A stretch of 64,000 nt of DNA. Origin: Gemmatimonadales bacterium. Lineage in GTDB: Bacteria; Gemmatimonadota; Gemmatimonadetes; Gemmatimonadales; GWC2-71-9. The translations under genes were made by a program, and so were the position numbers. The notes under the pieces were generated by a model. It was not told the origin of the DNA. It did no database searches and saw only the letters and a program-made list of their open reading frames with translations. Where the stretch lies: NCBI GenBank assembly GCA_050733075.1, contig JBOHSD010000009.1:1189-65188 (forward strand). Reading direction: 5' to 3'. Position 1 is the first letter of the stretch. Each line of letters begins with the position of its first letter. Positions 16,801 through 24,847 of the stretch are shown here, piece by piece.

Positions 16801-17850
16801 ACCCAGGAGCGCCAGGACCCCCGCGGAAACCGAAAACGGGCCGAGGAGCGGACGGAAAAACGTGGCCGGCGAAAAGAGCGGCTGAAGGCCGAGGGCGGCA
16901 CCGACCGGAGCCCTCAGCGCGAGCCAGAGCAGCAGGGGCAACAGGAGGAGGCGCTCGGCGGGCTGCGTGGCAAGGCCGAGTCCAAAAGCCAGACTCAGAA
17001 GGGCAAACCAGGTGACCGCCTGTTTCCCTCGCTGGAGAGCCAGCTCCTTGGCGACACCTTGCTCCGGCGGAACCGGTTGCACGCTGAACAACACCCGGTG
17101 CCCCGCGCTGGTCGGCTTCTCGTAGTCGAAGATGTCGGGGCTGTCCGGAGCGACGCCGGGCGGGTAGACGGCAAGAGCGACTTCGGTGCGGGTCCGGAAC
17201 ATCTCGGCCAGGCTTCGGCCGCGGTCCGGGACTGAAGGGTGGGCCCAGATCAAAACCGTGGCGACGGCGGTTCTGCGGTCCGCCGAGTGGCGCCGCGCCT
17301 CGAGCACGACGTAATATCCACTGGAACGCGAGGCAATCGAGTCGCCCTCGATCCGGGGAGGCAGCCGGTGTCGCCCGGCCCAGGCCCAGGGATCGGCCCG
17401 CGCGTCGAACACCACTACGCTCATCTCGGGCCCGCTCGAAGGGACCAGGCGGCCCAGCACGTTCAACGCTGCCGCACGGTCATCGGCGGGACTCGCCACG
17501 GCTGCATCGGCTAACCGCTCGGCCCGGTGAAGGACCGAGTGGAGATCTCCGGCAAGACGCTCTGACGCGGCGGTCACCCGCTTCTCGCGCTCGTCGGGCC
17601 AGTTCGTCTCAATGGCCTTGAGTTGGCGCTGGGCCAGGGTCATGCTCAAGGCGAGTCCGAGGAGCATGGCCGCGAGTCCCCGGCGACGCCACCCCACCAG
17701 GGGCCACAGGACGGCAGCGGCGGCCGGGACACACGCCCAGGCGACCCACACCCATAGGGGTGAGGGCTGCCGAAGCCACTCGGCAGCGGCGCCCAGAGCC
17801 GCCACGACGACTGCGAGCCACAACCACCGGCGATGACTCAAAACCAGCAC
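13858..17850 (-). CDS. large multi-TM sensor histidine kinase (HAMP-PAS-HisKA-HATPase C-terminus)
   Basis: H-box VAHEIKNPLTPM, N-box NLLENARNA, G1 EDDGAGI, G2 SGSGLGLAIV. More than 10 hydrophobic helices and two large extracytoplasmic regions. Start is uncertain: GTG 17850 or TTG 17841. The track ORF extends to 17955. Confidence 0.85.
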   Translation of the reverse strand: MLVLSHRRWLWLAVVVAALGAAAEWLRQPSPLWVWVAWACVPAAAAVLWPLVGWRRRGLAAMLLGLALSMTLAQRQLKAIETNWPDEREKRVTAASERLAGDLHSVLHRAERLADAAVASPADDRAAALNVLGRLVPSSGPEMSVVVFDARADPWAWAGRHRLPPRIEGDSIASRSSGYYVVLEARRHSADRRTAVATVLIWAHPSVPDRGRSLAEMFRTRTEVALAVYPPGVAPDSPDIFDYEKPTSAGHRVLFSVQPVPPEQGVAKELALQRGKQAVTWFALLSLAFGLGLATQPAERLLLLPLLLWLALRAPVGAALGLQPLFSPATFFRPLLGPFSVSAGVLALLGTLLTIGGVWLWRRRLPRRWYGVVLGGALLLVAPYLISNLGRGITPPARGVSIGLWLIWQVALLVSVSALIVIAAALFRGSGPESHSRWRIGAGVGIAFAAAMIGVLIWSPMGGWPNWYTFLWTPALLLVALPARRWAAIAGIALVAGSSAALVTWGAELVGKLQVAQRDVARLGDEPDPLALPLLERFGEQIRGSPPPSTASEMYALWHGSSLGEQGYPAHLGLWSATGAPRVDLTLDSLDLPQSLMSTIVSNLPPADRVRVVQLNRTPGVHYVLIVRLGPDELMTTSVGPRSELILPGRVGRLLDPARRSAPLYTLALSPPIFDAATPIERPGWRREGWGLRREYPLSLPEGTRVIYAAVDLRGPLPLLVRGVLVVLFDAAVLGLLWFMAELVAGARPRLPRWRSLARSFRVRLAVTLGAFFILPAVAFAGWSFTRLADEAERSRDLVITRTLRDAVLSAGGIPGGGSPTPERLVELSRRIDADLALYRGGVLAGTSTAVLEDLGVVGQLMDPRAFQALALEGQFEITREGSIPQFAERVGYRVVQPGPPSQMAVLATPQLADDLSLGVRQLDLALVLLLATLAGVAAAAAGARIAARTLSRPVAELRRSALALGKGKPMPAHSGRPPLEFEPVFGAFERMAADIRSSQSALEEARRRTAAVLATVATGVVGIDPQGRVLIANGQAVDLLGIPLHEGEPFLDRLSPEWAPLTGTVRRFLEDPAVDGAAELEVGGRRLTLQLASLGPDVRGVVMALNDVTDVSRAERVLAWGEMARQVAHEIKNPLTPMRLGMQHLRRVYRDQQGEFDRTLEETAERILGEIDRLDTIARAFSRFAAPADKHQPLDRIDLAAAVGEVVQLYRLAEEGCEVRIAADPQAFGAARVDEVKEVVVNLLENARNASATLVQVTVGPGLIRVEDDGAGISPDLLPRVFEPRFSTTTSGSGLGLAIVRRLVESWGGRVEVESEPGKKTVVTVQLQQ

Positions 17851-17868
17851 CCCTGGCGTCTGAAGGAA

Positions 17869-18549
17869 ATGACACCCGTGTCCGTAGGCGAGCGTCTCCA
17901 GGAACGGGCCACGCTCATCGTGCCGGTTGGCACTACCGAGCAGCACGGGCCCCACCTGCCGCTCGGCTGCGATGCCATCATTGTGGAACGTTTAGCCGAC
18001 GATCTCTCGGCGGCTTTCGGCGTCCCGCGGGCCCCGACGGTCGAGTATGGAGTCCACGCGGCCACCCGGCCGTTCCCGGGAGGCGCGGCGCTGCGAAGAC
18101 GAACGCTTCACCGGGTCATGAACGAACTTATCGAGTCCTGGGAGGCCGGTGCAGGCGTCCGCGAGTTCCTTATTCTAACCGCACAGTCCAGTGAAGCTCA
18201 TCTGGAAGCGGTCAGCACGATCCGGACCGACGACGCGACGGTGCAGGTGGTGGACATCTTCAGCCTGGACTTCGGTTCCCTCCTGGAGCGGCCCGCCCCC
18301 ATCCAGGGAGGCGAGCTGGATACATCGCTCCTCCTCTACCTGGCACCCGAGCTGGTGCGGATGGACCTAGCCCAGGACTTTGCCCTGACGCCGGACATGC
18401 TGACTCGCTACCGTCCCGGCCATACCCGTCATCTTCCTGCCGGCTCTCCCGGCTCGGTAGGATTTCCCAGCCTCGCATCCGCCCAGAAAGGCGAGCGCCT
18501 GTATACATTTATGCTCGAACGGGTCGGCCGGTGTCTGATCCGGTCCTGA
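17869..18549 (+). CDS. creatininase-family amidohydrolase
   Basis: LIVPVGTTEQHGPHLPLGCD signature. ATG 17869 is preferred. ATG 17833 would overlap the divergent kinase start. Confidence 0.75.
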   Translation: MTPVSVGERLQERATLIVPVGTTEQHGPHLPLGCDAIIVERLADDLSAAFGVPRAPTVEYGVHAATRPFPGGAALRRRTLHRVMNELIESWEAGAGVREFLILTAQSSEAHLEAVSTIRTDDATVQVVDIFSLDFGSLLERPAPIQGGELDTSLLLYLAPELVRMDLAQDFALTPDMLTRYRPGHTRHLPAGSPGSVGFPSLASAQKGERLYTFMLERVGRCLIRS

Positions 18550-18566
18550 GGTCAATAGGAGTCGCC

Positions 18567-19214
18567 ATGCGCATCGCCGCGGTTCTCCTCCTGTTGCTGC
18601 CGGGTCAGACCTGGGCCCAGGAGGGCCTGGAAACGAAGCTGGTGATTCAGCAGGGCGGACGGGAAACCGGCCGGGAGGAGTTTACCCTGCGGCAGGGGCG
18701 CGGCAGAGGCGCGCCAGGCACTACGCTGATCGCGGTGGCCCGTTATCCGGCAACCAATCCCATACTGAAGCTCTCGGCCACGCTCGAGCGAACTCAGGAG
18801 TCGGCCCTCGCCAAGTTTCAACTGGACGTCGAGGGGCCCAACGGGACAACGGTCATACTCGCTGCGGGCTCGGGGGCGAGATTGATCGTGCGTACCGTGG
18901 CCAAGGGCTCCGAGGCCGGTCGCGAGCTTCCCGGTGGTCCGGACGTGGTACTGCTCGATGAGGGGGTGTTCTCCTTATATACCGCCGTTGCCGATCTGGC
19001 TACGGCCGGAGGCAGGTCGCTGACCGCGGTATTCCCCCGGACCAGCCGGCGAGCGTCGTTCGTGGCTCGGCTGGAGAGCGGTGGCGGAGGCGGAGGCAAG
19101 CGCGTGACCTTGAGCGGTGGCATCGAAGGCAGATTGGTGACGGACGCCAAGGGCCGCTTGCAACGGCTGGAGCTGACCGACTCCGGCATCGTGGTCACTC
19201 GCGCCCCGGATTGA
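18567..19214 (+). CDS. secreted hypothetical protein
   Basis: AGGAG 6 nt upstream of ATG 18567. Signal peptide MRIAAVLLLLLPGQTWAQE. High GC3. Confidence 0.6.
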   Translation: MRIAAVLLLLLPGQTWAQEGLETKLVIQQGGRETGREEFTLRQGRGRGAPGTTLIAVARYPATNPILKLSATLERTQESALAKFQLDVEGPNGTTVILAAGSGARLIVRTVAKGSEAGRELPGGPDVVLLDEGVFSLYTAVADLATAGGRSLTAVFPRTSRRASFVARLESGGGGGGKRVTLSGGIEGRLVTDAKGRLQRLELTDSGIVVTRAPD

Positions 19215-19351
19215 TCGCGGACTCGGCAACCCATACCCGTTTTCTAACTCGTTAACTGGTCGTAAAAGCAACGTGCCTTGTCGCAAGCTGAAACCTCTGC
19301 GGCGAGGCCCGCGTATTGGGCGCGGTCACGACTCATGACAAAGGTCCTTCA

Positions 19352-20881
19352 ATGACTCGCTGGTCTGGTCTGCTGGCACTGGTCTGCCTGCATCCAACCC
19401 CAGGGCTCCTGGCGCAGGACTCGACACAGGTCGCCCTCGCTCGGCCGACAGTGAGCCTCTCGCTGGCGGAGGCCTTGGACCAGGCGCGGGCCCACAGCCC
19501 CGCGTACCGGCAGGCGCTGAACGACGCCTCACCGGCCAGGTGGGGAGTTCGCAACGCGTACGGCAGCCTGCTTCCCTCCCTCACCGCCTCGACCGACATT
19601 GGCTACATCGGATCGGGGGAGTCCAACTTCGGTGGCGGCTTTACCCGGCCGACGTCGGCGTTCGTCACGTCCGGCTATAGTCTGGGCATTCAGTGGCAGC
19701 TCAGCGGCCGCACCCTGCACGCTCCGGGGCAGCAGAAGGCGCTCCAGCGCGCAACCGACGAAGATATCAGCGCCGCCGGGATTACCCTGACCGCAGAGAT
19801 CTCCACCCAGTACCTGACCGCGCTCCAGGCGGCCGCGCAGGTAGACGTGGCCCGGCAGCAGGTCCGTCGCAACGAGGATTTCCTCACGCTGGCCAGGGCC
19901 CGCTACCGGGTGGGACAGGCCACCTTGCTGGACGTGCGTCAGGCCGAGGTCGGCAAAGGCACCTCGGATGTTGCGCTCTTGCGTGCGGTGCAGGCGGAGA
20001 ACGAAGCCAAGCTCGATCTGCTGCGGCGCATGGGAATCGAGCCACCGGTACCGATAGATCAGGTGGGTTTGACCGACTCGTTTCCGGTGACACCACCGGC
20101 ATTCCACCTCGACAGCCTGCTGGCCCTCGCGGGACTGCACAACCCGATGCTCCGTTCTCTCCGGGCCAGGGAGCACGCGGCGGATCTGGACGTCCGGGCC
20201 GCCAAGACCGACTTCCTGCCATCGCTCTCATTCCAGGCGGGGTGGAGCGGGTTCACCCAGCAATTCACCAACGAGAGCCTCCTGCTGGGAGAGACGTTGG
20301 CCGGGGCCCAGGTCCAGGCCGCCGAGTGTGAGTACCACAACGCCGTACGTTCGTCCCTCTCACTGGGCGGGGAGGTCGGCAATTGCTTTGCTGCGGCGGG
20401 ACTGATCGACGGTGGTGGCGCCCTCCTGGATCCGGTAACCCAGCAGATCCGGAGTCAGAACGACGTCTTCCCCTTCAGCTATACCGGGCAACCGTTCCGG
20501 GCCAACTTTACCGTGTCGCTGCCGATCTTCACCGGGTTCGGCCGCTCACTGCGGCTCTCCCAGGCGCGTGCCCTCCAGGACGATGCCGACGAAGAGGTCC
20601 GCGCCCGCCGGCTGCTGGTGCGCAGCGACGTGCACGCCCGCTATCTGGGGCTGCAAACCGCTTTTCAGGCCATCGGAGTTCAGGCCGCCAGCCGGGATGC
20701 GGCCCATGACCAGCTCCGCCTGGCGCAAGACCGCTACCGGCTGGGCGCCGGAACCGCCCTCGAGGTCTCGGATGCCCAGAACGCAGTCCAGCGAGCCGAG
20801 AGCGACTACATCACCGCCGTGTATGATTACCACAAAGCCATCGCCGCACTCGAAGCCGCGGTCGGTCGCCCACTTCGTTAG
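19352..20881 (+). CDS. TolC-family outer membrane efflux protein
   Basis: Signal peptide, then the duplicated TolC-type repeat architecture (LSLAEALDQARAHSPAYRQA..., second repeat LDSLLALAGLHNPMLRS...). First gene of the efflux operon. Confidence 0.85.
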   Translation: MTRWSGLLALVCLHPTPGLLAQDSTQVALARPTVSLSLAEALDQARAHSPAYRQALNDASPARWGVRNAYGSLLPSLTASTDIGYIGSGESNFGGGFTRPTSAFVTSGYSLGIQWQLSGRTLHAPGQQKALQRATDEDISAAGITLTAEISTQYLTALQAAAQVDVARQQVRRNEDFLTLARARYRVGQATLLDVRQAEVGKGTSDVALLRAVQAENEAKLDLLRRMGIEPPVPIDQVGLTDSFPVTPPAFHLDSLLALAGLHNPMLRSLRAREHAADLDVRAAKTDFLPSLSFQAGWSGFTQQFTNESLLLGETLAGAQVQAAECEYHNAVRSSLSLGGEVGNCFAAAGLIDGGGALLDPVTQQIRSQNDVFPFSYTGQPFRANFTVSLPIFTGFGRSLRLSQARALQDDADEEVRARRLLVRSDVHARYLGLQTAFQAIGVQAASRDAAHDQLRLAQDRYRLGAGTALEVSDAQNAVQRAESDYITAVYDYHKAIAALEAAVGRPLR

Positions 20882-20893
20882 CGAGGAGCGGAC

Positions 20894-22177
20894 ATGTCGC
20901 GTGGGATGAAGGTCGGCCTGGCCATAACGGTCGTGACGCTCGTCGCCGGCGGAGTGGTGGCATTCCGCATCAACCAGAAGAAGAATGCCGGGACCGAGGT
21001 ACGGCTGGAGCAGGTGGGGCGGCGGAACCTCGTCAGCGCCGTCACGGCCAGCGGCAAGATCGAGGCGAAGACTTCGGTGGACATCAGTGCCGACATCACC
21101 GGCCGGATCATCGATATCGCCGTGATCGAAGGCGATCTGGTGAAGCGGGGCCAGTTTCTCCTGCAAATCGATCCCGCTCAATATCAGGCCGCGGTGGCGC
21201 GAGCCGAAGGGGTGGTGGCCTCCACTCAGGCGCTCCTGCTCCAGACCATGGCCACCCGGGAGCAGGCCCAGCGAGCCTGGAACCGCGCGCGACAGCTCAC
21301 CCAGCTGGGCGAGAACCTGATCGCGCCCGAGACCGCGGAGCAGGCCCAAACCGCGCTCCAGGTGGCGGAAGCGAATTACCAGTCCACTCGGGCCCAACTG
21401 GAGCAGTCCCGCGCCAGCCTCCAGGAGGCCAAAGACAACCTTGGCAAGACCCGCTTGACCGCTCCCATAGCAGGTCGGGTGGTGCGCCTCGCGGTGGAGG
21501 AGGGCGAGGTCGCCGTGCCGGGCACCTTCTCCCGGGAGACCGGGCTGCTCATGACGGTAGCGGACCTCTCGGTGATCATGGCCAAGGTGCAGGTGGACGA
21601 GACCGACGTGGTTCGGCTCCAGCCGAGAGATTCGGTCGAGGTCAACATCGACGCTTACCCCGACACCACCTTCTCGGGCCAGGTCACCAAGATCAGCCAC
21701 AGTGCCAAGCTGACCCCGACTCAGACCGCGTCCGGATCTACCGACCGGGCGGTCGACTTCGACGTCGAGATCACCCTCACGGCGCCGCCGGCCGACCTCC
21801 GGCCCGACCTGAGCTGTACCGCGCGGATCGTGACCGACACACGTGACGACGTGCTCAGCATCCCGATCATCGCGCTGACCATACGCGACCATGAGAGAAT
21901 TCCCATCGAATCCGCCGGCAACCTGCCGGCCGACACCCTCCGGGCGCGTTTCGAGGAGAAGGAAGCGGAAGGAGTATTCGTCGTGCGGGACGGCCTGGCG
22001 ACCTTCCGTCCGGTCAAGATCGGTGTCGCCGGGGACGAATACTTCGAGGTGATCGATGGGTTGCGCGAAGGCGAGACCATCGTGGCCGGCACCTATCAGG
22101 CGATTCGTGATCTGAAGGATGGCGCCAGGGTCCGCCAGGCCGATACCACCAGGGTGCGAGGAGCCAAGGCGTCCTGA
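20894..22177 (+). CDS. HlyD/MacA-type periplasmic adaptor subunit
   Basis: N-terminal anchor, lipoyl/barrel motifs (GKIEAKTSVDISADITGRIIDI, LTAPIAGRVV), long coiled-coil hairpin. Confidence 0.85.
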   Translation: MSRGMKVGLAITVVTLVAGGVVAFRINQKKNAGTEVRLEQVGRRNLVSAVTASGKIEAKTSVDISADITGRIIDIAVIEGDLVKRGQFLLQIDPAQYQAAVARAEGVVASTQALLLQTMATREQAQRAWNRARQLTQLGENLIAPETAEQAQTALQVAEANYQSTRAQLEQSRASLQEAKDNLGKTRLTAPIAGRVVRLAVEEGEVAVPGTFSRETGLLMTVADLSVIMAKVQVDETDVVRLQPRDSVEVNIDAYPDTTFSGQVTKISHSAKLTPTQTASGSTDRAVDFDVEITLTAPPADLRPDLSCTARIVTDTRDDVLSIPIIALTIRDHERIPIESAGNLPADTLRARFEEKEAEGVFVVRDGLATFRPVKIGVAGDEYFEVIDGLREGETIVAGTYQAIRDLKDGARVRQADTTRVRGAKAS

Positions 22178-23418
22178 TGCGGCTGCTCGAATCGGTCAGG
22201 ATGGCCCTCCGGACCATTCGAGCCCAGAAGTTGAAGAGCTTCTTCTCCCTCCTCGGTGTGCTCATCGGGGTGACCTTCCTGATCGCCGTGGTGTCGATCG
22301 TTCAGGGAATGAACCGGTACATGGTCGACCGGTTTGCCAACACCCTGATCGGAGCCAACACCTCCCAGTTGCGGCAAAGACCCAGCATCACCACCGGCAA
22401 TATTCCGGATGACGTCTGGCTGGCCTGGCGCCGCCGGCCCCGGATCAGCTACGACGACGCCGACCACGTCCGGCAGCGGGTTCGCGAGCCAGCCACTTTT
22501 GCCAAGTTCTGTGAGGACCGGGCAACGGTGCACTACGGCGGTAAGGTGGCGCGCGACATCAATCTGATCGGGACGGAGGAGACCTACTTCGACATCAAGA
22601 ACTACGAGATCGCCGCCGGCCGAGCCTTCAGCGCCCAGGAGGTCCGCACCGCTCAGCCGGTGCTGGTCATCGGGCACGAGCTTGCGGATAAGCTCCTCGA
22701 GGGCGTCGACCCGCTCAACAAGAAGCTCGTGATCGGCGGGCTTCCCTACCGGGTGATCGGGGTAGTTGCCAAACAGGGCACTCTTTTCGGAATCTCGCTC
22801 GACAAATTCGCCATCATGCCGTTCAGCGCCCAGGGCCGCCGGCTGATCTGCCCCATCAACATCCTCGACGCCCTGATCGTACAAACCGGCGATCCCACTC
22901 GGATGCAGGTGGCCATGAATCAGGCCGAGGCCGCCATGCGCAGCCGCCGCCAGCTCAAGCCCGGTGAGGAGAGTAATTTCGCGTTCCAGACGGCGGAGGG
23001 CGCGCTGGAGAGCTGGCAGAAGATCTCGCGGGTACTCTTCATCGCGCTGCCGGGGCTGGTGGCGATCTCGCTCGTGGTCGGCGGCATAGTGATCATGAAT
23101 ATCATGCTGATGGCGGTGAGCGAGCGCACCCGCGAGATCGGGATCCGCAAGGCGCTCGGCGCCCGGCGGCGGGACATCCTGTCACAATTCGTGGTAGAGT
23201 CCGCGACGCTGTCCGCCGCCGGCGCCGTACTCGGGATCGGCCTGGGCGTCATCCTGGCGTGGGCAGTAAATGCCGCGACCCCGCTTCCCGCCGCCGTGGC
23301 TCCATGGTCGATCGGGCTCAGTGTGCTGCTCGGTGTCAGCGTAGGGATTGCAGCAGGCGTGTATCCGGCGAGCCGCGCCTCCCGGCTCGACCCCATCGTG
23401 GCGCTGAGGGCCGAGTGA
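22177..23418 (+). CDS. MacB/LolC-type ABC transporter permease (FtsX domain), paralog P1 (type A)
   Basis: TM1, about 200-aa periplasmic domain, three C-terminal TMs. IMLMAVSERTREIGIRKALGARRRDI motif. 1-nt overlap with the HlyD stop. No NBD. Confidence 0.85.
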   Translation: MRLLESVRMALRTIRAQKLKSFFSLLGVLIGVTFLIAVVSIVQGMNRYMVDRFANTLIGANTSQLRQRPSITTGNIPDDVWLAWRRRPRISYDDADHVRQRVREPATFAKFCEDRATVHYGGKVARDINLIGTEETYFDIKNYEIAAGRAFSAQEVRTAQPVLVIGHELADKLLEGVDPLNKKLVIGGLPYRVIGVVAKQGTLFGISLDKFAIMPFSAQGRRLICPINILDALIVQTGDPTRMQVAMNQAEAAMRSRRQLKPGEESNFAFQTAEGALESWQKISRVLFIALPGLVAISLVVGGIVIMNIMLMAVSERTREIGIRKALGARRRDILSQFVVESATLSAAGAVLGIGLGVILAWAVNAATPLPAAVAPWSIGLSVLLGVSVGIAAGVYPASRASRLDPIVALRAE

Positions 23419-23450
23419 GGGGGGCCCGCGCCGGAAGCGTCCTCTCCCGC

Positions 23451-24677
23451 ATGCTGGAGGGAGCTGCCATCGCCCTCGACTCCATCAGGGCCAATAAAGT
23501 ACGCGCCGCACTCACCATTCTGGGCGTCGCCATCGGGGTAACGGTCGTCATCGCCATGGCCTCCGCCATCACCGGCATCAATCAGAGCGTTACCGGCATC
23601 CTCGAGTCTGCCGGTCCCAAGACCTTCTTCGTTCAACGCTACTTCTCCGGTGGCCTCGAGGTGTCCGACGGCTCCGATGAGATGTCGCCCTGGCGCCGGA
23701 TGCCCTGGCTCACGGTCGAGGAGGCGGAGCTCATTCGCCGGCTTCCGCTGGTGCGGGACGTGAACATCGGCGAGTACACCAGCGGTCCGGTGAGCTTCGA
23801 GGGTGTGGAGCTCAAGAGCGTGGCCATGGCCGGTATGAGCCCGAGCTGGAACCTGGTGAACGGCGGCGATATCCTTGCCGGGCGCAACTTCACACCCATG
23901 GAGTATGCCGCCGCCGCCAGCGTAGTCGTCATCAACGACAAGCTGGCGGAGTCGCTGTTCCCCGGCCGGGACGCGGTGGGAAAGAGGATCAAGATCTTCG
24001 GGCAGCCCTTTCAGGTGGTGGGGCTGCACGCCGAGGCCGCCTCGCTGTTCAGCAACGCCGACGAGCCGCGGCTGGCCCTCCCCCACAGCGCTTTTACCAA
24101 GGTCGCGGAGTGGTGGAAGGGGTGGCTGGAGATCGCGGTGCTGCCGGCCGAGACGGCCACGGTCCAGGATGCCCAGGACCAGGTGACCACGGCGCTCCGC
24201 ACCCATCGGGGGCTCCGGCCGGGGCAGCCGGACAACTTCGCCATCGTCACCCAGGACCGCGTGCTCGCCACCTTCAACAACATCACGGCTGCCTTCTTCG
24301 TGGTCATGATCGCGCTGTCGAGCGTGGGGCTCATGGTCGGGGGCGTCGGGGTGGTGGCGATCATGATGATCTCGGTTACCGAGCGCACCCGCGAGATCGG
24401 CGTCCGCAAGGCGCTGGGCGCCACTCGGCGCGAGATCATGTTTCAGTTCCTGGTCGAGGCGGCCACGTTAACGCTGGTAGGCTGCATGGCCGGCATGGCG
24501 CTGGGAGCGATCATCGCCTGGGCGGTGCGGTCCTTCACCCCCATTCCGGCCACGATACCGCTGCTCTCGGTGGTGGCCGCGGTGGTGGTCTCCAGCCTCA
24601 CCGGCGTGCTGTTCGGCCTCTACCCCGCCAGCAAGGCGTCACGCCTGGACCCGGTCGAGGCGCTGCGGTACGAGTAA
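23451..24677 (+). CDS. MacB/LolC-type ABC transporter permease, paralog P2 (type B)
   Basis: MLEGAAIALDSIRANKVRAAL..., MMISVTERTREIGVRKALGATRREI. GTG 23415 (GTGA overlap) is an alternative start. Confidence 0.85.
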   Translation: MLEGAAIALDSIRANKVRAALTILGVAIGVTVVIAMASAITGINQSVTGILESAGPKTFFVQRYFSGGLEVSDGSDEMSPWRRMPWLTVEEAELIRRLPLVRDVNIGEYTSGPVSFEGVELKSVAMAGMSPSWNLVNGGDILAGRNFTPMEYAAAASVVVINDKLAESLFPGRDAVGKRIKIFGQPFQVVGLHAEAASLFSNADEPRLALPHSAFTKVAEWWKGWLEIAVLPAETATVQDAQDQVTTALRTHRGLRPGQPDNFAIVTQDRVLATFNNITAAFFVVMIALSSVGLMVGGVGVVAIMMISVTERTREIGVRKALGATRREIMFQFLVEAATLTLVGCMAGMALGAIIAWAVRSFTPIPATIPLLSVVAAVVVSSLTGVLFGLYPASKASRLDPVEALRYE

Positions 24678-24680
24678 ATA

Positions 24681-24832
24681 GTGAACGGTAAACGGTGAAC
24701 GGTGAAGGGTGAAGGGTGAAGGGTGAAAGGTGAACTGGCCCATCCCGCCCAGCTTGTTCACCGTTCACCCTTCACCGTTTACCGTTCACCGTTCACCGTT
24801 TACCGTTTACCGTTTACCGTTTACCGTTCACG
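24681..24832. repeat. hairpin whose arms are tandem heptamer arrays (8 x GTGAACG-type / 11 x GTTCACC-type)
   Basis: Left arm 24681-24736, spacer 24737-24755, right arm 24756-24832. Starts 4 nt after the P2 stop and ends 15 nt before the P3 ATG. Confidence 0.9.
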
Positions 24833-24847
24833 CTTTTAGTATTACAA

